From positions 1 to 64,000 of IMG/VR virus record IMGVR_UViG_3300021490_000001: a DNA stretch of 64,000 bases; one strand, given 5' to 3'. Shown piece by piece: positions 28,451 to 37,744 of the stretch. A program made the translations under genes and the position numbers. Numbering within the stretch: the first letter of the stretch is position 1; every line of letters begins with the position of its first letter. A model generated the notes under the pieces. That model did no database searches. It worked only from the letters and a program-made list of their open reading frames with translations, and was not told the DNA's origin. The stretch is from a virus.

Positions 28451-29309
28451 AGTCTATCACCTTTTGGTAAAATTCTCCATCTTCAGAGAGTTTTTTAAAT
28501 AGAGATGTTATTGTTTTCACATCATATTGGTCTACGCTAGTATAAGGATAAAGAACCTGGTGAGAATATACCTTATCACATCCAACTAATGGAACCTGCA
28601 AGCAGGCAGCATCACATCCTATGCGTCCATACGAATAGCCATCATACGAATCGTAAATCCAATATGATTCCTTTAATAATTTTATAAAATCAGGAAAGGG
28701 CATATATGGAATTATGTTGTCATATAAGCATTTTGTGGCTCTGAAACGAGGATCTTCCTTTTCCATGTATCCTACGAGAGATAATGATTTATTCGATTTA
28801 TGCAAGTGGATCCATGGCATTAGTACATTGTTATCGTATCTATGGTATATAATCGAGATATGCTTGAATTTATTATCTGTGCCAAATCGTTTAAGCAAAT
28901 GAGTTTCACAAGGATGAGGAATTAAATGTATTTTCCTATCAAGAATATGTTCCATTAAGTTTTTAGCTGTTGGAGTTGTAGCAAATATTCCATCACAGGA
29001 ATTCACAGAATGCTTAAAGGCAAAAGGGTGCTCCATCGATTTAGTCCATAATTCAGGCGAATGATCATGATTTCCAATTAATATAGTAGAAGACCCTTTA
29101 AGGCGTTCTTTTATGTCAGAAAGCATCTGTATATCCATTGGATCCAGATTCACTTGTATGACATCATAATCTTCGAGATTGTCTTTGACTGTATTGTAAT
29201 CTTTACAGTCGCCATTGAATAATTTAATCCATTGATAGCAACCAGTCATCGTTGGCTTTACATCTATAAGATTCTGGAATACCTTAAAAGCAGTAAATAA
29301 ATATTTCAA
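28356..29309 (-). CDS. GT-B fold glycosyltransferase (GT4-like)
   Basis: IHLIPHP, YSYGRIGCDAACLQVPLVG, YFNWKN C-terminal pattern. Confidence 0.7.
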   Translation of the reverse strand: MKYLFTAFKVFQNLIDVKPTMTGCYQWIKLFNGDCKDYNTVKDNLEDYDVIQVNLDPMDIQMLSDIKERLKGSSTILIGNHDHSPELWTKSMEHPFAFKHSVNSCDGIFATTPTAKNLMEHILDRKIHLIPHPCETHLLKRFGTDNKFKHISIIYHRYDNNVLMPWIHLHKSNKSLSLVGYMEKEDPRFRATKCLYDNIIPYMPFPDFIKLLKESYWIYDSYDGYSYGRIGCDAACLQVPLVGCDKVYSHQVLYPYTSVDQYDVKTITSLFKKLSEDGEFYQKVIDYAYDKVEYFNWKNSKERYKKLLDDVRTTKNL

Positions 29310-29446
29310 GATCTAGCCTCTTTGATTTTTTCTATGGTTACCTTTAGATAGTCGCCTTCGTCTATGTTATTCAGTGCTCGTATCGTATCAGGAATTCTGA
29401 CTCGTTTGCCTTTTTGAAGTCTTGCATAAAATGTAGAATGTACCAT
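29306..29446 (-). CDS. AbrB/MazE/SpoVT-family DNA-binding protein (46 aa)
   Basis: FYARLQKGKRVRIPDTIRALNNIDEGDYLKVTI; TATA upstream. Confidence 0.8.
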   Translation of the reverse strand: MVHSTFYARLQKGKRVRIPDTIRALNNIDEGDYLKVTIEKIKEARS

Positions 29447-29510
29447 AGATACTATTATGAATCTTAGATATATAAATCTAATGGAAAAAAAAGAAAAAAA
29501 AGAAGGGTGA

Positions 29511-29972
29511 TTAACCCTTCGTAAATTCTATTACTGCAGTTACCATAGATGCTGTTGTTACAGTTGGAACTTTTAGATAGAAACCTTCAGTTTCAGCTAT
29601 CGAGATTGCAGTTGTAGCGGAGTTTGTTTGATACGTAGCATCTGCTGTTGTAGTTCCTGTGGCTGATAGTGCTACTGAAGTTGTTCCTGCTGCATTCTTT
29701 TTAACTAGATATGCATCTAGTTCAGAAACAGCTGTACCAGTACTTCGCCAGGTTACACCAAGCTTTGTGATTGTTATGGCTTCTCCAGGAATAAAGCAAG
29801 CTGCTTCTCCACCTAGAAATGTATCTGCTGCTGTTGGTGTAGCCAAGTTGAGTGCCATATAATGTTTTTTAACAGCAGTTACTACATCTCCAACACTCAC
29901 GCTGTCATCTTCTAGTATACCTGCACCAATAGTTTTTTTATTTTGTAATGGTAGTTTTAGTACTCCACCCAT
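29511..29972 (-). CDS. Putative capsid decoration/head fibre protein
   Basis: Directly after the MCP; A/T/G-rich; AGGTGA SD. Confidence 0.55.
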   Translation of the reverse strand: MGGVLKLPLQNKKTIGAGILEDDSVSVGDVVTAVKKHYMALNLATPTAADTFLGGEAACFIPGEAITITKLGVTWRSTGTAVSELDAYLVKKNAAGTTSVALSATGTTTADATYQTNSATTAISIAETEGFYLKVPTVTTASMVTAVIEFTKG

Positions 29973-29981
29973 CTAAATCAC

Positions 29982-30869
29982 CTAGATGCCTGTTAATGTG
30001 CATACTGCATCTGGTCTTACAACTGCTATGCCGACTCTTTCGAATGCCTGAACTTTTGTAGTGTGTTTATCTTGGTCATCGAACATGTTGATCGATACGG
30101 GCATTGCTTCGCCTACTTGGTATGCTCCACCTGGTCCTCTCTTTAGGATTATAGCTGTATCTTCTGTGACTTCTGTGCATTCGATAATCTTAAGTCCCAT
30201 GAAGAAAGGTAGTACTCCTGTGCTTACAGTTTTCTCAGTTAGACCATTCCATAGATTTTGGGAAACGATTGTGGTTAGTTCTTCTGCATTTGTTGGGTTA
30301 AGAAGAAGTGTGTCCGCTTCGTATCCTTTGTTTTTGATTAGTCTCTTTGCCCTGCGTATGTTTTGCACGGGATCAGCTGTTGTAGAGCTCCATACACCTT
30401 TTGGATTAGCGTAAGTACTTCCTGCATCTGCAATCAATCGTGTAACGATTACACTGTCTTCTTTCTTTATGACTTTGGTTACAGCTTGTTTAGACTGAGC
30501 AGCCCTAATTGCTAGTTTTGATAGGTGGTCTGCTTCCCATGTTAGCTGGAATCCTTTACCATATTTCTTGATGTTCACTACGCTTTCTGTTGCATCTGCA
30601 TCGTCATATACGAAGTCTGCTCCTTCGCCTACCTCTGTTGCATCGCCTAGATCAGAAAAAGGGTAAAAGTAATATTTGGTAGCTCCCTGATCTTTTAGTT
30701 TTTCGACCATACAATATTGTCGAAGTCGTGCTATGTCTTCTAGTTTTTCAATCGCTGCATCTCTGATTACTTCTGAAACCTTTCGCGGAATCGAATCAGT
30801 AGTTACAGTGAAGGAAAAGTCCTTTCTCTTAAGAGAGAAGCTTTTTTTCTCTGGAGTTGTATCTGTCAT
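29982..30869 (-). CDS. Major capsid protein (HK97 fold)
   Basis: EVGEGADF, IKKYGKGFQLTWE, DTLLLNP, FMGLKII, AFERVGIAVVRPDAV; start MTDTT after GAGGTGA. Confidence 0.9.
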   Translation of the reverse strand: MTDTTPEKKSFSLKRKDFSFTVTTDSIPRKVSEVIRDAAIEKLEDIARLRQYCMVEKLKDQGATKYYFYPFSDLGDATEVGEGADFVYDDADATESVVNIKKYGKGFQLTWEADHLSKLAIRAAQSKQAVTKVIKKEDSVIVTRLIADAGSTYANPKGVWSSTTADPVQNIRRAKRLIKNKGYEADTLLLNPTNAEELTTIVSQNLWNGLTEKTVSTGVLPFFMGLKIIECTEVTEDTAIILKRGPGGAYQVGEAMPVSINMFDDQDKHTTKVQAFERVGIAVVRPDAVCTLTGI

Positions 30870-30880
30870 TTCATTCACCT

Positions 30881-31306
30881 CTACTGAAGCCTCAAGTCAA
30901 TTACTGCAGTTGTATCTGTAGTAGTTGCTGGTATAACAACGGGTCCAAGATAGTCACCGCGTATTCCTATTCCTGCAAATGTGGTTCCATAGGTTGCAGC
31001 TACTGTTGCTAAGCTTGCTGTTGTGGCAGATAGGATCATCCTTGCTCCAGCAGTTGTTGCAGCACCATCTGCGGTTACGGTTACTTTAGCTAACCCAGAA
31101 GTCTGGACAGTTAGTTCTGCCGATTCTGCTGTCGAAGTTGTGTCCTTGCCCACTACGACTACACCAATTACTGAACCGGATACGCTTTCACCGACTGTTC
31201 CTGTTCCATTGTCTGCTAAACCGGAGCTGTATATCACTATACTTCCTGGAGTTATAGCAGATGTCGTTGAAGCGGAAGTTATTGTTATATTAGATGGTAG
31301 GGACAT
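30881..31306 (-). CDS. Capsid cement/decoration protein
   Basis: Between scaffold and MCP; AITPGSIV...VIGVV...TVQTSG. Confidence 0.65.
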   Translation of the reverse strand: MSLPSNITITSASTTSAITPGSIVIYSSGLADNGTGTVGESVSGSVIGVVVVGKDTTSTAESAELTVQTSGLAKVTVTADGAATTAGARMILSATTASLATVAATYGTTFAGIGIRGDYLGPVVIPATTTDTTAVIDLRLQ

Positions 31307-31935
31307 TAGTCATCACCCTCCGTTAGTTCTTTAAGTTCTTTTTTAAGATCGTCTGCCTTGAGACCAGCACTTTCTCTTGTTGATATTCTGGACTTTAGGT
31401 CTTTGATCTTAGACTCGATTTCTCCGGTTTTAGCTTTTTTGAGTTCTTTTCCTTTCAATGATGCTTTTCCGTCCTCAGTTTCCTCAATGGCTTCAACTCT
31501 AGACTGAAGTGCATTAATTGCAGTAAGGTCTAGTTTCTGATACTCTTTTGCCATGTCGGTAGCTTTTTCCTTAGAATAGAGTTCTTTTTTTAGTTCGAGG
31601 TTTACGAGCTTGTTTATTTCTGCAGCTTTTTCTTTCTGCTCGTATTCACTGACTTTCTTAGAAAGTTCAGTTTTTTCTTCGACTAGGGAATCAACCTTTT
31701 CCTTTAGTTCTTTGATTTCATCCTCGTTTTCTTTTTCTTTTTCATCTTTTTTTGGTTTGGGATATCCTTCAGGATATGGGTATTCTTCTTTTTTCTTTTT
31801 CTTTGCCAAGCCCTCAATAAGAGCTGCTAGGTCTTTTTCGATTTTTGCCAGCCTGTCTTCTACGCTAGCAGAATCACTTCTAGGAGAATCTCCATCAGTG
31901 ATCACATCATCGAATAGATCGTTTACGTTTGTCAT
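31306..31935 (-). CDS. Capsid scaffolding protein
   Basis: E/K-rich coiled coil with YPYP motif, upstream of the MCP. Confidence 0.75.
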   Translation of the reverse strand: MTNVNDLFDDVITDGDSPRSDSASVEDRLAKIEKDLAALIEGLAKKKKKEEYPYPEGYPKPKKDEKEKENEDEIKELKEKVDSLVEEKTELSKKVSEYEQKEKAAEINKLVNLELKKELYSKEKATDMAKEYQKLDLTAINALQSRVEAIEETEDGKASLKGKELKKAKTGEIESKIKDLKSRISTRESAGLKADDLKKELKELTEGDD

Positions 31936-31999
31936 GATTACATAACAAAGTGCAGACTATATTAATGCTAACATTCTCTGTGTCTCATTTATATAGGAA

Positions 32000-34900
32000 T
32001 TAGTACAGAATTGTGCATATGTCACAAGCTGGTTCCATGACTAATGCTGCATGTCCCCATCCTATAATCTTTATTGCTATTTCATTATTGGAATTGTCTT
32101 TGTAGGAATCTGTCCAGCAACGCATAGAGACGCCACGTATTTGTCTTGTGGCAAGCTGTTTATTTACTTCGCTGTTGGTTATCTTGAATTTTATTATCAT
32201 TGCTTTGAGATCATCGTCCCATCGAGAGCTAAGTATCTTGCCTACCTGATGGATTACATCATCCGAATGATCTCTTACTATATTAAGTCCATTTGGTTTT
32301 GGTGCATTCTTTACGACCTCCTCAGAATAAGTAATGCCATTCCATACTCCAGGAGCAAATCCTATTGCTTCCCATGTATCATTAGTTTCCTTGCTTAATT
32401 CTCTTATTGTAAAGGAATGGCTTTGCCATGCTGTAGTCTTAGGAGCATCTGTATCTTTTTTTAGAATCCAAGTTTTGTTTTGTCTTGTGGCTGTATATAT
32501 TCCTTTAAGTTTCCCTGAAGTAAACTTAATTTGTTTAAGATCAGATGTGTCTTTCAATATAGTTGCTGTTCCACTTGTAAGTTTTCGTATCCATGCTGGT
32601 GTATTCTTAGTCCGATTTTCTGGATGACCTGGCTTCAGTTCGCCTGAATATGTGAACATATCTATATTTTTATCATGTCTTAATATTCCTGCCACTGTGT
32701 TTGTATCTATTAGATTGTGCTGTAGGATAAAATGACTGTATGTGTCTTTGCCTGGTTCTTTTATCCTTAAGTCATACACTTGTTTTGATGGACCTTTTCT
32801 TATTACGACTGGCCCTTTCCAATATCTATGCTGAAGGACATATTTAGCAGAGTTAGCATAATTTAAGGCATTTGTATTTATCTCATTAGAGAATCCGAAA
32901 GTGTCATTATCATTCGCTAACATCGAAACAGATCTACCTTTTGTTAATCTCTCTATCCATGATTCCAAATGAGGTTCAAGCTTAATTGATTCCTCGCTGA
33001 AATTCGTAATTAAGAGATTAGGTATATTATATTTTACTGCATTTTGTAAATTGGTTTTTAGGCTAGCAGTTTTGGCTTCTTGCGTCACAACATTTCTTGC
33101 ATCTAGGATCAAGACATCTATGCCATTTCCTTTAAGTAATTCTTCATTTGAGTGATCTAATGCATAAGCGAATGAGCAAGGGCCTATATCTATTTTTAAT
33201 GCAGTCGCTTCTTTGCCAATTGCTTCTATCTTAACTCCTGTAAGTGTTAAATGTCTATCAAATACATGGATCTCATTAGGATAGTTTAATCTTTTGAGTT
33301 CCGCTTCCATTTCCTTAGTCCCATAAATTGGGATGTCTATTTTATTCTTAAGTGCCCCAATATGTTTTGGGCTTATTCCTGTAAGGATTATTGCATCGGG
33401 ATTGTCTTCTTTGAGTTTGCCTAAATAATCGATTCCTGCATTTATCCTAATTTTTATTTTATCTGTAGATAATAGCGCGCTTGTATTTAGTTTATGAGTT
33501 TTTGATTGCTTTCCTGAGCCTAAAGTACCATACCAGAAGATAGTAGCATTGGAGATATTATAGTCTATCAACATAGCTTTCTGTATAGGAAACGGTTGTT
33601 TCTTGATAGCATTAATCAGATCTAATCTTATTTGCTTTCTTTTACTTCGTTCATCATAATTCCAATACTGATATTGCTTTGGAATCTTAGATGCTAATTT
33701 CTTAGGGATCGCTTTTATTCCTTTCTCTGGCACATAGTCTTTGTTTATACTTCTTAGTGTAAGCATATAAGGAGGAGAATTAGAAGGAAAACCCATCCAT
33801 GTGAAATATCCTTCTGGTGTTTTTTTCCATTCGGATTTGTTCTCTAATTCTCTGAATGAGAACTTACCATTGAGTAACTTTCCATCGAAAAAGTATTCAT
33901 GATATTGGCTTTTTTGCGCTCCATACTGCACAGTGCCTTTATCTACTATTATAAACTGTCCTGCTTCCTTTTTTGTTGCGCCTATTTCACCTGGTTCAAC
34001 CCATCCTTCTGCAGTAAGCCATTCAATGGGTTCTACTTGTTTTAGCTTGCAGTTGAACTTAGTTAATGGATTGTGGAACTTGTCATCTACTATAGGTTTT
34101 ATTTCTTTATTGTACAATTCTTTAGCATCTTCGAAGGAAGTAGCATCTCTTGAGAATCCTTTGGGAACAAATAAAGTATATCCTATTAGGTGTTTGTCGC
34201 TAAATTGTATGCGAAGATCGAGATGTACGCTACGCCCACGTGCGTGTGCGTGTATTACATAATTATACGTTTTAGATTCATCTGGTATTTTAAGGTAGAC
34301 ATCAGAGTAATCGAGTTTCTCTTCTGTTTTTTCCAGATCGAAGAGTGAACGCGCTGATTTTGGCATTCTCTTCTTTTCTTCTGTTCCTGTTGTTTCTTGA
34401 ACTATTTCTTTTACTCGTTTGATAGAGAATGCATCTTCTTTTCCTCTATGTCTTATGACTCTTGGACTCCACCAGTTGAACCATAGTTTTCCTTTATCAT
34501 CATATTGTGATATTTCTACTACTATTACTTCTATTGTTTCTCCTTCTTTTGCGTCTATATTTGTATTAAATGTTCTGCCTATGTATGCTTCATCTTTAGG
34601 AGAACCAACAACACAGTCGTAGAAGAATGTATTTTCTGTGCCAGCTACTTTATGTTTCTTTTTTATTCTGGCAAAGATCGAAACTTCATTTTTATATTTA
34701 AGGACTTTATCTGTCTTCCCATCAAAATCATAAATGTGTGAAGGCATCTTGATCATAGCTCCTTCGCTTCCTGGAAGTTTTGATTTCTTTTCTATTGCAT
34801 TCCTTACATCATCAAGATCTTTAGCTATAATAGGATCTGTGTGAAATATATTTTTTCCCTTAAACTTGTAGATATATTCCAATCTTATGGAGTATGGCTC

Positions 34901-37744
34901 TTTAACTAATTCTTTTCCATTGAAATAAAGCGTATCGTATACATGCGCTTGGAGATATTTCTCATCTGGTGATACTTCTTTTGAATGAATAATGCCTGAC
35001 GTGACTGCCCTTGGCTGATGTTTTCCATCTTTATATAATTCTATTTCAAATTCCGCTTCAAAGTCACCGTTTATTTTAAGGAACTGCTCCTTTAGGGTAG
35101 GAACCTTATTGGTAATAATATTTCCTTCATCTGACCATATATTTATTTTTTCATTAATTTTATGGACTTGGGCTCTTATGCCATCATATTTCTTTTCTAT
35201 GTATAATCCATTTTCTTCTAATTCTTTTTCCCATTCTGGTTTGGATTTGATTACATTGATTACACTCAAAGGAGTATATATCTCTTCTTTTGATCGCCCA
35301 TGAGTTGGCTTAGGCATTGTATGGAATTTTCCTAACTTGAAACCTGGGTGGGATAAATTTTTTGGACTGACTAATTCCCATTGGATTCCGATACTACCTA
35401 GACATTCCATTGTGTAATCTGTTAGATCAGAAGCTATGAGTAGGCTTACGGAATTTTCATCCAATAGCTTAAGGACATCTTCACGTATATTAGAGGTTAT
35501 TTCTTGTTTGGTTCCATCAGGGCATACCAGAAATTTAGCAGTAGCAAAAGATGCAAGATTACCTGCCTTATCGATTAACTGCCACTTTGCCTCTGTATTA
35601 TCGACCAGGCTCATTTCATGTAATCTATGGTCTGTATTTGGAACAAGTTCTAAATCCCAAATTGGGTAATGATTAGTAAATGGGCCATGAAGTGTATCAT
35701 ACAAAAAATGCACTCTTGGTCTTAATTTTTCAGGAAGTGCACGTAAGATTCTGAATTTAAGTGCTCTGTCTTCATTTGGGTTTTCAGGTTCCTCTTTTTT
35801 AATAAGTATGTCTATATCGCCTGTTGTACCTTCTTTCTCATGGGTTGCAACGCCACCAACTATATATACATACGGTTCAGCTAATTTAATATTACCTTGG
35901 AAATGTGGCAAAATATCCTTGATAAATATTCGTTCTCCATCTACTTTGCCAGATGGATTTACCCGCACATAACGGAAGTTAGTTAAGTCTCTTGTTCGTT
36001 TATGTAATGCAATGATTTTATTATAAAATTGTCTGGAATATTTTTTCATTTTATTAGAGTGAAATTTTGTTCCTCTTCTTGTGAGTTCTTTGTATACTTT
36101 AAGTCCTATGTCTGTTAATTCTTTTAGTGAATATTTTGTCTTCTGGCCTTTTAGTGCATTTACATATTCGTTTGATAGGAATCTCCAATCATCTTTTAGT
36201 TGTACTGTTTTTCTTGATTTTGGAGTATAATCGGATATGTTTTTTGTATATTGTAGATTCTTTTCTCTTATGAATGGCAGAATCGAATCTTCTGGCTTCA
36301 TTGTTCCAAGATATTTTAGTGTGGCATCATCGAGTGCATCTTGATAGTGGTGCGTGAAATGTCTCCTTTCAAATTCCTTAGTTATTCTATAATGTGCGTT
36401 TACTAGATCAGCCATCTCTTTTCCGCTTGTTATACCATGCCTTAGATAGTTTCCAAAAGCAACATGGAGTTTGAAATGAGTTCCAATTACTTGAGAATCT
36501 GTATATCCTTCAAGCAATTTTGTAGTTATGCTTGGCGTCTTGATTAAATCCTGTTCAAGATGAGCATCAAGAGAGTCTATCTTATTGATTTTTATTTTAT
36601 GATCTAAATAAGGAACAATTTTATTATGAGTTGATATTATTTGCTCCATAGTCCAAGAAGCGACATGTTTCCCTTCGCTGAATTTTCTTGCCATTCTGTG
36701 TAAGTTATAATGCACTTCATATAATGAGTCCTCATTCATTAAAGACGGTTCTGTTAAATTTTTCATTAAGTAACGTGGGAATATTAGCTTATACCATTTC
36801 TTAGAGTCTTCTTTTTTGTATGTTGAAGAGGTATCCTTTAGAACAAATCCTTCAATGGACTTATTCTCTGTGGCTTTAATTATGTCCTTAAAATTCTCAT
36901 AGGATTTTATGGTGAGATATTTTACTTTTGAAATGTATTTTTTATCGCTTACCTTTTCAAGTTTCATTTTTCGCTCATATAATAACTCTTCTGTATGATA
37001 AGTTCCGTTTGTATTTAGTATGTCAAATACCTTTACCCTTAATGATTTATCTGGTGTCGTTATGTCTTTGTTTGAAATTATCGAATATACATCTTTTCCT
37101 GTATCTGAGATTAGTTCTCCATCGAGGATTAATATGTCATAGTTTAATTGCTTTACTTCATCTAAAATGTGCTGAATTTTATTATTTGGAATTCTATTTC
37201 CAAAAAAAGTATATGCAGAAACTTTGTTTAGGTCCTTGTGTATTTGTATTCTTATTCCATCTTCTTTCTTTTCAAGAATAAGATTAGCGAAATCTAAGTC
37301 TTTCATGTCTTCATAGCAGAAGAATTCGTTTGATATGTTGTTTATCTTATCCTTAAATGGCTTAATGGGCTGAACAAATTCTATATTCGTGCTTGTAAAG
37401 TTATTGAATGCAGGAATGTCAGCATAAAAACCTTTCTCTAAGTTGGCGTTTATTTTCACCGGTGCAGAGAACTTGAAGATAGATTTGATTGCATATTGAT
37501 AAAAGATCTTGGTCTTTTGCCTGAATTCCTTTTTAAGATTATATGTATAAATTGCTTGTTGTAATTTGCATTCTTTAGGGGTGCTTAGTGAGAGTATAGC
37601 TAAAGCATGTTTATTTTTTACAAATACTAAGTCTTTGTTTATGGCTTTTCGAGAATATATTTTGGAAATAATCTCTTCTTTACCATTCAATCGATTTTGT
37701 ACAAGTTGAAAAACTGTGTTGTCTATTCCTATCATAATTTTCAC
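32000..37744 (-). CDS. Multidomain prohead protease polyprotein: ligase adenylation domain, His-rich helical repeats, nucleotidyltransferase, ATP-dependent DNA ligase (with OB), LigD phosphoesterase, inactive MBL, degenerate phosphoesterase, capsid maturation protease
   Basis: EKKEDGIR/ILDGEL/VFDIL/EGFVLK/WYK; IVGGVA...GDIDILI; EKKYDGIR/YDTL/EGAMIK/LKYK; VIHAH...HLDLR; GTLGSG...PDAIILT; VRDH...VGKI...RGVS...ALVMEPAC. Confidence 0.85.
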   Translation of the reverse strand: MKIMIGIDNTVFQLVQNRLNGKEEIISKIYSRKAINKDLVFVKNKHALAILSLSTPKECKLQQAIYTYNLKKEFRQKTKIFYQYAIKSIFKFSAPVKINANLEKGFYADIPAFNNFTSTNIEFVQPIKPFKDKINNISNEFFCYEDMKDLDFANLILEKKEDGIRIQIHKDLNKVSAYTFFGNRIPNNKIQHILDEVKQLNYDILILDGELISDTGKDVYSIISNKDITTPDKSLRVKVFDILNTNGTYHTEELLYERKMKLEKVSDKKYISKVKYLTIKSYENFKDIIKATENKSIEGFVLKDTSSTYKKEDSKKWYKLIFPRYLMKNLTEPSLMNEDSLYEVHYNLHRMARKFSEGKHVASWTMEQIISTHNKIVPYLDHKIKINKIDSLDAHLEQDLIKTPSITTKLLEGYTDSQVIGTHFKLHVAFGNYLRHGITSGKEMADLVNAHYRITKEFERRHFTHHYQDALDDATLKYLGTMKPEDSILPFIREKNLQYTKNISDYTPKSRKTVQLKDDWRFLSNEYVNALKGQKTKYSLKELTDIGLKVYKELTRRGTKFHSNKMKKYSRQFYNKIIALHKRTRDLTNFRYVRVNPSGKVDGERIFIKDILPHFQGNIKLAEPYVYIVGGVATHEKEGTTGDIDILIKKEEPENPNEDRALKFRILRALPEKLRPRVHFLYDTLHGPFTNHYPIWDLELVPNTDHRLHEMSLVDNTEAKWQLIDKAGNLASFATAKFLVCPDGTKQEITSNIREDVLKLLDENSVSLLIASDLTDYTMECLGSIGIQWELVSPKNLSHPGFKLGKFHTMPKPTHGRSKEEIYTPLSVINVIKSKPEWEKELEENGLYIEKKYDGIRAQVHKINEKINIWSDEGNIITNKVPTLKEQFLKINGDFEAEFEIELYKDGKHQPRAVTSGIIHSKEVSPDEKYLQAHVYDTLYFNGKELVKEPYSIRLEYIYKFKGKNIFHTDPIIAKDLDDVRNAIEKKSKLPGSEGAMIKMPSHIYDFDGKTDKVLKYKNEVSIFARIKKKHKVAGTENTFFYDCVVGSPKDEAYIGRTFNTNIDAKEGETIEVIVVEISQYDDKGKLWFNWWSPRVIRHRGKEDAFSIKRVKEIVQETTGTEEKKRMPKSARSLFDLEKTEEKLDYSDVYLKIPDESKTYNYVIHAHARGRSVHLDLRIQFSDKHLIGYTLFVPKGFSRDATSFEDAKELYNKEIKPIVDDKFHNPLTKFNCKLKQVEPIEWLTAEGWVEPGEIGATKKEAGQFIIVDKGTVQYGAQKSQYHEYFFDGKLLNGKFSFRELENKSEWKKTPEGYFTWMGFPSNSPPYMLTLRSINKDYVPEKGIKAIPKKLASKIPKQYQYWNYDERSKRKQIRLDLINAIKKQPFPIQKAMLIDYNISNATIFWYGTLGSGKQSKTHKLNTSALLSTDKIKIRINAGIDYLGKLKEDNPDAIILTGISPKHIGALKNKIDIPIYGTKEMEAELKRLNYPNEIHVFDRHLTLTGVKIEAIGKEATALKIDIGPCSFAYALDHSNEELLKGNGIDVLILDARNVVTQEAKTASLKTNLQNAVKYNIPNLLITNFSEESIKLEPHLESWIERLTKGRSVSMLANDNDTFGFSNEINTNALNYANSAKYVLQHRYWKGPVVIRKGPSKQVYDLRIKEPGKDTYSHFILQHNLIDTNTVAGILRHDKNIDMFTYSGELKPGHPENRTKNTPAWIRKLTSGTATILKDTSDLKQIKFTSGKLKGIYTATRQNKTWILKKDTDAPKTTAWQSHSFTIRELSKETNDTWEAIGFAPGVWNGITYSEEVVKNAPKPNGLNIVRDHSDDVIHQVGKILSSRWDDDLKAMIIKFKITNSEVNKQLATRQIRGVSMRCWTDSYKDNSNNEIAIKIIGWGHAALVMEPACDICTILY

